The notes below the pieces were generated by a model. It saw only the letters and a list, made by a program, of their open reading frames with translations, had not been told where the DNA came from and searched no databases. This document shows positions 58,163 to 64,000 of a stretch of DNA of 64,000 nt, piece by piece. The stretch comes from a virus: positions 32,001 to 96,000 of IMG/VR virus record IMGVR_UViG_3300037516_000306. One strand, 5' to 3'. The translations under genes were made by a program, and so were the position numbers. Positions within the stretch are counted from its first letter, which is position 1; the number at the start of each line of letters is the position of its first letter.

Positions 58163-58444
58163 ATGGCTAAATTATTAGGAAACCGCATCTATTTAGAGAT
58201 GCCAAAGAAAGAAGAGAGTAAGCTTATCGTAGATGAGAATACAAAAGAATCTCTAGAAAAAGAAATGTTAAAGAAAATGAACAAGCTTAAAGTTCACAGT
58301 GTTGGTACAGCTAACATGGATGTTAAAGTGGGTGATGTTGTTCTTGTAGATCCAGCAGCTTTATCAAAAGCTCCATTAATCCCTTTATCAGATGATGAGC
58401 AAGTGTTACTTGTATCTCCATTTGATATTATTCAAATCTGGTAA
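58163..58444 (+). CDS. groES: GroES-like co-chaperonin
   Basis: Start 58163; KLLGNRI, VHSVG, VKVGDVVLV and DI motifs. Confidence 0.7.
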   Translation: MAKLLGNRIYLEMPKKEESKLIVDENTKESLEKEMLKKMNKLKVHSVGTANMDVKVGDVVLVDPAALSKAPLIPLSDDEQVLLVSPFDIIQIW

Positions 58445-58445
58445 T

Positions 58446-59210
58446 ATGGAACAGAAAAAAGTAGGTATAGTAATTCTTGCAACTAACGCATACTTTGTGT
58501 TAGGTGTAAACTTTATGAGAAAGTTCTCGCATCATTATAAGGGTGATGCAAAGATCACTTTTTATTTCTTCTCAGACACAGACCCTAAAGAGTATATAAC
58601 AGATGACATGGATGTGCAATATATACATCAGACACATGATACCTGGATGAATGCTACTAATTCTAAATTTATTAATATGCTGTCATTAGAAAACTGTGAT
58701 AGTGACTATTTAATATATGTAGATGCAGATACTAGTGTATCTAAAGATTTTACTGAAGAATGGTTCATTGGTGATACTGTAGGACTAGAACATTTTGGAA
58801 ACAATGGATGGATGAAAGACGTGAAGGGTTATGATAGAAATCCAAGATCTAAAGCTTATGTTCCTTATGACACTCAATTATTCCAGATGTATTATCATGG
58901 ATGTTTGTTTGGAGGTAAGAAAGATAAGATGATGGAAGTGTGCAAAGTGCTACGTGATAATCAAATTGAAGACAAAAAGATTCCATACGAACCAGGAGTG
59001 AATGATGAGAGTTACATCAACCAGTATTATCACTACAATCCACCTACACTAACTGTATATTTAGACAAGTATATGTTTAATGTTAGTGATAAATGTGGAA
59101 TTGAGCATAACAGAGATGTTAATTTCAGTGTAGAGGATTTGAAAAAAGAGATGTTAGCTAATAGAAACAACTTATATGACTTACAAAATGGTAAGTTAAT
59201 AGTGAGATGA
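58446..59210 (+). CDS. GT6-family (ABO/alpha-1,3-Gal transferase-like) glycosyltransferase
   Basis: VGIVILATNAY, FYFFSD, YVDAD (DxD), YYHGCLFGG and NDESYIN motifs; start 58446. Confidence 0.88.
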   Translation: MEQKKVGIVILATNAYFVLGVNFMRKFSHHYKGDAKITFYFFSDTDPKEYITDDMDVQYIHQTHDTWMNATNSKFINMLSLENCDSDYLIYVDADTSVSKDFTEEWFIGDTVGLEHFGNNGWMKDVKGYDRNPRSKAYVPYDTQLFQMYYHGCLFGGKKDKMMEVCKVLRDNQIEDKKIPYEPGVNDESYINQYYHYNPPTLTVYLDKYMFNVSDKCGIEHNRDVNFSVEDLKKEMLANRNNLYDLQNGKLIVR

Positions 59211-60520
59211 TATCAAGTTATAGAACTATAGATAATGGTACTAGTATAGAGTATAAAAACTTATATTCTATACAGGGTACCATTTATTTTTTAGCACTAG
59301 ATGATGTAGATTTACCATACGTAAAGAAGTTTACTATATCATATCATTGGAAACCAACTGTCATGAAGTTTAATTCTGAAGAAGAGCTTAATGCTTATGT
59401 TCAGAACTTACATAATGTGACAAGTATAGATCTATCAGTGCTATCTGACAACTTATGGTATGGAAATGTAGGACATGGATTATTTGATTGTCTTTATCCT
59501 ATCTACTTATCACTATTGAAGTTTGGATATGTAGATGAACCATTCACTTATCTTTCTACAGATTGGTCTTGGAGAGAGAACATGATGTATGATACAATCA
59601 AAGCATTTACTAAACAAGACTTATTAGAATACCCAAAGCTAGATAAAGACTATCATTTTAAAACGTTAATTGCAGGAACAGAACCTGCAGGTAATAGAGT
59701 ACAGAATAAAGAAGTCTTTATATATGGTAAGGAGTGGGATGGTTTACAGCAGTTCAAAAGAAGAATTTTTGAAGTGCACAACATTGCTATTGATAAACCT
59801 ATCAATGAGATTCCCAAAGTTATAGTTATTAACAACAAACGTTTTGATCATAATAATCTAGAAGTAATAAATACAGTGGTTAAACGTATGTCTAGTGTAT
59901 GTGATATAAAGTTTGTCGATTGGTATCATGACTACAGACGTTCTGGAAATCCAAAATTTGTAGATCAGATGAGAGATTTCCAAGATGTAGATATACAAGT
60001 AACTTCACCTGGAACAGCAATAATGTATTTACCACTAATGAAGAAAGGAGCAGTGAGTGTTAACCTTGGATTCATAGAGCATACACAAACCAATGGTGTT
60101 AGAGGAAATCTTAAGATATTAGAATCTAAACATGCAGATCATTTAATTCCTGCATATATGGAACAACCTATATGTGCTGGAACTTATTATGTTACATCGT
60201 TATATTACGATAGATATAAACATAATAATTTAGAAGTTGAGCCCCTAATAGATATAATCAATGAGGCAATTCAAACACTTAAGTCTGGACAAATTACTGA
60301 AGGTAATGTAGCAAAAGATGGTGAAGTGTTTAGAGAGTATTGTAAAAGAGCACAAGATGGTGATGCGTTATGTAAATTCTTAACAGAAGCATCTTTACAT
60401 GTTGAATTCTTTGTTAATGAACATCCTTATGCAATGCTACCTAGTACAGACATAGAATTACTTAGATTAATAAAAAATGAATTAAATTATGACAGAAATT
60501 ACGAAATCCACTTGGACTAA
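59207..60520 (+). CDS. GT61-like glycosyltransferase
   Basis: GNVGHGLFDCLYP (N-x-x-H motif) and DIQVTSPGTA...MKKGAV (HGAG-equivalent) motifs. Confidence 0.7.
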   Translation: MISSYRTIDNGTSIEYKNLYSIQGTIYFLALDDVDLPYVKKFTISYHWKPTVMKFNSEEELNAYVQNLHNVTSIDLSVLSDNLWYGNVGHGLFDCLYPIYLSLLKFGYVDEPFTYLSTDWSWRENMMYDTIKAFTKQDLLEYPKLDKDYHFKTLIAGTEPAGNRVQNKEVFIYGKEWDGLQQFKRRIFEVHNIAIDKPINEIPKVIVINNKRFDHNNLEVINTVVKRMSSVCDIKFVDWYHDYRRSGNPKFVDQMRDFQDVDIQVTSPGTAIMYLPLMKKGAVSVNLGFIEHTQTNGVRGNLKILESKHADHLIPAYMEQPICAGTYYVTSLYYDRYKHNNLEVEPLIDIINEAIQTLKSGQITEGNVAKDGEVFREYCKRAQDGDALCKFLTEASLHVEFFVNEHPYAMLPSTDIELLRLIKNELNYDRNYEIHLD

Positions 60521-61145
60521 TACTGTAGGAGGTATTGAATTAACATTCGAAGACATAGCTACATCAAACACTGTACCTTTTGTTTTTGGAGAACTAATAT
60601 CAGATTATTATGGATTAGAAAAAATCCAGTTATCTGAGAACGATATTGTTTTAGATATAGGTGCTAACGTAGGAATGTTTTCTATATACGCAAAGAAAAA
60701 GTTTGGATGTAGAGTTATTGCATTTGAACCAGTGCTATCTAACTTTGAGCAGTTTCAGAAGAACATCATCTTAAATGGTTTATCTCTATCAGATATTGAG
60801 CTACACAATACAGCTATAACAGATGTAGAAGGTGGTGAGATTAAAATAGGTACTCCAAAAGATAATACAGGAGGATCTTCTGCATTCTACCATACACATG
60901 ATATGCCTATATGCAAGACAGAAACAATTAACAAGTACATAACAGAAGGTTGTGTGTACTTAAAGATAGATTGTGAAGGAGGGGAATATGCTATCATCCC
61001 TACAATATTAGATAAGCTTAATCAGTTTAAATATATAGGAATTGAATATCATAAATTCTCTGCAGAACAAGATCCAATAGCTTTACATAAGTCAATAGAA
61101 TCTGCATTCAATGGAGAGATATTCTACAAAGAATATGGTACATAA
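60489..61145 (+). CDS. FkbM-family SAM methyltransferase
   Basis: LDIGANVG, AFEP and LKIDCEGGE motifs. Confidence 0.9.
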   Translation: MTEITKSTWTNTVGGIELTFEDIATSNTVPFVFGELISDYYGLEKIQLSENDIVLDIGANVGMFSIYAKKKFGCRVIAFEPVLSNFEQFQKNIILNGLSLSDIELHNTAITDVEGGEIKIGTPKDNTGGSSAFYHTHDMPICKTETINKYITEGCVYLKIDCEGGEYAIIPTILDKLNQFKYIGIEYHKFSAEQDPIALHKSIESAFNGEIFYKEYGT

Positions 61146-61177
61146 AAAAAGCCCCAATCAAGGGGCTTTATTATTTT
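61144..61177. terminator. Bidirectional terminator between convergent operons
   Basis: A-run, GCCCC-AATCAA-GGGGC, then TTTATTATTTT. Confidence 0.75.
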
Positions 61178-61320
61178 GATATTCTTTTCTTTTTAAATAA
61201 AGGTCTTTTTGTACCTTCACTTCCAGCTTCCTTCATATAATTCCCATTGATTGGGTTAGGAGGAGCTACCTTAGGAGCCATTCTAGGCTTACCACTCTTC
61301 TTAGCTTTGCCAGAAGTCAT
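61171..61320 (-). CDS. 49-aa basic protein
   Basis: Not in ORF track; MTSGKAKKSGKPRMAPKVAPPNP...KKKRISK. Confidence 0.6.
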   Translation of the reverse strand: MTSGKAKKSGKPRMAPKVAPPNPINGNYMKEAGSEGTKRPLFKKKRISK

Positions 61321-61324
61321 TGAT

Positions 61325-62002
61325 TTACTTGCAGCCATACTTGCATTTTTTCATTGATCCACCAGATTTCATAGTTTGTTTTTTAGGTGCTAATTTATCA
61401 ATACGTTTTTTTAATTGCTCTTTTTTTGATTTAATTAATTTTTCTCCAGTCTGAGCTTTCATAGTACCACCAGACTTCATATTGAACTGAACATCACCAT
61501 TCATTCTAGGATTTTCTGCTCCTCTTGCATTTCTTCTATTACTAATTCTATTAGCTACTTTATTAGCTCGTTCTCTAGAAGTTTCATTAATTCTAGTAAC
61601 TCTTTCATATTGACGTTTATTAAGATTTCTTGGAACAACGTTATTTCCATCTTGAGCTTTTTTCATTTTACCACCAGATTTAGCTGTTTTAGGAAGAACA
61701 CCTCTTCCAATTAATACATCTTTAAAAGTGGTTTTACCATCTTTGTTAAGATCAAACTTAGCACCAGATTTAGCTTTCTTCATAGTACCACCAGATTTCA
61801 TACCAGTTAACTCTTTAATTTTTTTCTTTGCAACTCCATATCCACCAAGAGTAGAAAGATTAAGAGCTGTTTCACCAGCATCTTTAACATCTCTTAATGT
61901 TAAGTCTCCAATTCTTTCAGAAGCACTCTTAGATTTTTTTGGTTTAGTTGTAACAGTAGTTTTCTTTTCTACTACCTTAACAGGTTTTTTAGGTTGTAAC
62001 AT
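61325..62002 (-). CDS. Lys-rich protein with KSGG repeats (putative core/cargo protein)
   Basis: Four (M/A)KSGG repeats; DLNKDG motif. Confidence 0.7.
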   Translation of the reverse strand: MLQPKKPVKVVEKKTTVTTKPKKSKSASERIGDLTLRDVKDAGETALNLSTLGGYGVAKKKIKELTGMKSGGTMKKAKSGAKFDLNKDGKTTFKDVLIGRGVLPKTAKSGGKMKKAQDGNNVVPRNLNKRQYERVTRINETSRERANKVANRISNRRNARGAENPRMNGDVQFNMKSGGTMKAQTGEKLIKSKKEQLKKRIDKLAPKKQTMKSGGSMKKCKYGCK

Positions 62003-62021
62003 GATTATATATTTTTAAGGG

Positions 62022-62300
62022 TTAACAGTTCCACTTACGTAGACTTTTATTGATTCTTGAGTTAGGATCTTTTGCTGTCTTAGCACTAGTAAGCTTCTTC
62101 TTCATACCAGACATTCTACTGCAGAAAGACTTACGTCTACCAGCAGCTTTACTTCCAGGTTTAAGCTTAGAAGGTTTAGTGGTTACAGCTGTTTTAAGTT
62201 TGCTACCAGGGTTAGCTTTTCTATATGAAGCCACACCTTTAGCATTTAGTCCTCCAGAAGGATTCTTTCCTTCTTTTCTTTGCCATGCTGCACTTGCCAT
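62022..62300 (-). CDS. DUF6321-like basic protein
   Basis: GGLNAKG...RRKSFCSRM...SLRKWNC. Confidence 0.7.
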   Translation of the reverse strand: MASAAWQRKEGKNPSGGLNAKGVASYRKANPGSKLKTAVTTKPSKLKPGSKAAGRRKSFCSRMSGMKKKLTSAKTAKDPNSRINKSLRKWNC

Positions 62301-62824
62301 TATTTCTTAGATTTAGCTTTAATTTTCTTCTCTTGTACTAACATTTGTTTAGTAGGTTTTTTTCCACTACCTTTATTAGCTCTTATGTTATCCCATAATC
62401 CACGTTTAGAATATGAACCATCAGCACGCTTTAACATACCGCCATTCTTTTTTGCTGTTCTTAAAGAATCAGCTGGACGAGTTAGAGCTTTATCATTTGC
62501 TAATTCTTGAGCAAAATTCATATTAGGAGAAAGAGCTTCATATGTTGCATTTCTACCACCTACATTTTTAGTAACTTGAGCTTTATAATTTTTTCCTTCT
62601 TTAAAGAATTTTACTCCTATAGGATTAGTAGTCTTTGTTGTTGTTGTTGAAGCAGCTCCAGATTTAGCTTTCTTTATCTTACCACCAGATTTTAATGTGC
62701 TTCCTTTAAATGGACCTTTCTTCTTAATAAGAGGACCATTAGGAACAGGTGTTATCTTACCACCCTGTTTTAATACACCAGGGCCTACATAAGCTACAGC
62801 TTTTTGAGGATTTAACTTAGACAT
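62300..62824 (-). CDS. Lys-rich KxGG-repeat protein
   Basis: KQGG, KSGG and KNGG; GLWDNIRA motif. Confidence 0.7.
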   Translation of the reverse strand: MSKLNPQKAVAYVGPGVLKQGGKITPVPNGPLIKKKGPFKGSTLKSGGKIKKAKSGAASTTTTKTTNPIGVKFFKEGKNYKAQVTKNVGGRNATYEALSPNMNFAQELANDKALTRPADSLRTAKKNGGMLKRADGSYSKRGLWDNIRANKGSGKKPTKQMLVQEKKIKAKSKK

Positions 62825-63426
62825 TATTTCTTTTTATTAGATTTAGCAATCTTCTTGAATGTTTTAGCAAGAGCTTTAGCTCTACCAGTACAACCAGGTT
62901 TAGTGATTGGTGTACATTTACCAGCAGTACCACGCTTCTTAATAGAAGCTGCAGCTTTCTGCATCCACATACCATCTTTAGCTTTTGATACAGTTGCTCC
63001 TGATTTAGCTTTCTTAACTGTACCACCTGCACGTTTAGAACATGCTCCTCCTTTACAAGGAGATTTAGGTCCATTATCTTTAGCCCAAAAAGTTCTTTCA
63101 CTTTTAGGTTCAGGATTGTTACGAGCATTTTTCATCCCTCTTTCTGATTCAGCATTCATCCATTCATCAAAACTCAAACCAGGTTTTTGGAATCCTTTTG
63201 AAGGATCTTTAACATAACTGTTATAACTACCTAATTGTACAGCTCTAACATTTTCTCTTTTTGTTTTAGGAACACTTGTTAAACGTGTTTTATCTGAAGA
63301 AGTAAGTTCACGAGCAATTGGCTTCATCTCTACTGTAGTTCCAGCTGGAGTAAGTGTTGATACAGATTTTACAGGAACTCTTTTACCAGTCTGTGCTTTC
63401 TTAATAGGTTTCTTAACAGTAGCCAT
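62824..63426 (-). CDS. Lys-rich protein with KAQxG/KAKxG repeats
   Basis: KAQTG, RAGG, KAKSG and KAKDG; ALAKTFKKI. Confidence 0.7.
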   Translation of the reverse strand: MATVKKPIKKAQTGKRVPVKSVSTLTPAGTTVEMKPIARELTSSDKTRLTSVPKTKRENVRAVQLGSYNSYVKDPSKGFQKPGLSFDEWMNAESERGMKNARNNPEPKSERTFWAKDNGPKSPCKGGACSKRAGGTVKKAKSGATVSKAKDGMWMQKAAASIKKRGTAGKCTPITKPGCTGRAKALAKTFKKIAKSNKKK

Positions 63427-63428
63427 GA

Positions 63429-63755
63429 TTACTTCTTTTTAGACATCTTGGTAGCACCAAGTTGTTTGTCTGCTGTAAGCTTAGCTTTACCTTTAGCACC
63501 AGCTAATGTTTTCTTTTGTACTTTAGTCCAAGCACCTTTAGGATCGATGCCCTTATCTCTTTTATTAGAAGCTGTAAGTCCAGTTAAAGAACCACCGTTC
63601 TTCATTTTCTTTTTAAGAGGTGCTAATGTAGTAATTCCTCTTTTTAATTTTTCATTTTCAGTTAATTGAAGTCCTCCTTTTTTAAGATTATCTTCTTTAG
63701 CTTTTTTAACTGGATTAGTTTGATAACTGTTCTGTGCTTTTTTAATTGTTGCCAT
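63429..63755 (-). CDS. Lys-rich protein
   Basis: KKAQ and MKNGG motifs. Confidence 0.65.
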   Translation of the reverse strand: MATIKKAQNSYQTNPVKKAKEDNLKKGGLQLTENEKLKRGITTLAPLKKKMKNGGSLTGLTASNKRDKGIDPKGAWTKVQKKTLAGAKGKAKLTADKQLGATKMSKKK

Positions 63756-63945
63756 AGCGTTTAAATGTTATATTGGGTTTAACAATAATTTGTGAGTGAG
63801 TGTATTGCCACATCTCACCTGTTTGATTAAGTATAATTGTATAGATGGTATCTGTTTCATGACCATAATCAGTCACAAAAAGAATCACACCATCTCCCTT
63901 GGGTGTTGTAACATCTATTCTATTCTTTGGTTCGTATATTCTCAT
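63742..63945 (-). CDS. Hypothetical protein
   Basis: TPKGDG...DYG...GEMW motif. Confidence 0.6.
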   Translation of the reverse strand: MRIYEPKNRIDVTTPKGDGVILFVTDYGHETDTIYTIILNQTGEMWQYTHSQIIVKPNITFKRYGNN

Positions 63946-64000
63946 AGAGAAGTGCTTTTGTTCGAGAACACCTGTTTTTCGTCACCCAACAGGTATGTTG

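Noticed and set aside
1-64000. Stop-codon reassignment as in some gut crAss-like phages
   Set aside because: Long genes are intact under the standard code, TAG and TGA end genes cleanly, and no suppressor tRNA was seen

Overview
AT-rich 64 kb segment of a crAss-like (Crassvirales-type) dsDNA phage. The host is most likely a Bacteroidota, judged from TAnnTTTG promoters, a tmRNA resuming at Gly and A-rich SD-less starts. The standard genetic code fits throughout. Minus strand 1-27.7 kb: packaging and virion module in crAss order (TerL, portal, scaffold-like protein, MCP, conserved virion/ring proteins, Cys-rich and poly-Thr fibre proteins, phosphoesterase, IHF-like protein, tail tubular protein, split tail-stabilization gene). 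Plus strand 28-61 kb: small early genes, structured intergenic RNAs, a tmRNA, then PolB, DnaB, SF2 helicase, Sak4-like ATPase, SSB-like protein, primase, variant UNG, rIIA/rIIB, HNH, exonuclease, RecA, MazG, PhoH, thioredoxin, GroES and a GT6-GT61-FkbM cassette. Minus strand 61-64 kb: Lys-rich KxGG-repeat proteins. Best candidates for new biology: (1) a phage-encoded virion O-glycosylation system (cytoplasmic GT6, GT61 and methyltransferase, with mucin-like Thr tracts on at least seven virion ORFs); (2) a compact tmRNA with a 35-aa tag; (3) a multi-hairpin RNA after MCP displaying an anti-Shine-Dalgarno mimic; (4) a UNG whose catalytic Asp is replaced by Cys. All family calls come from motifs recognised by eye; no database searches were run.
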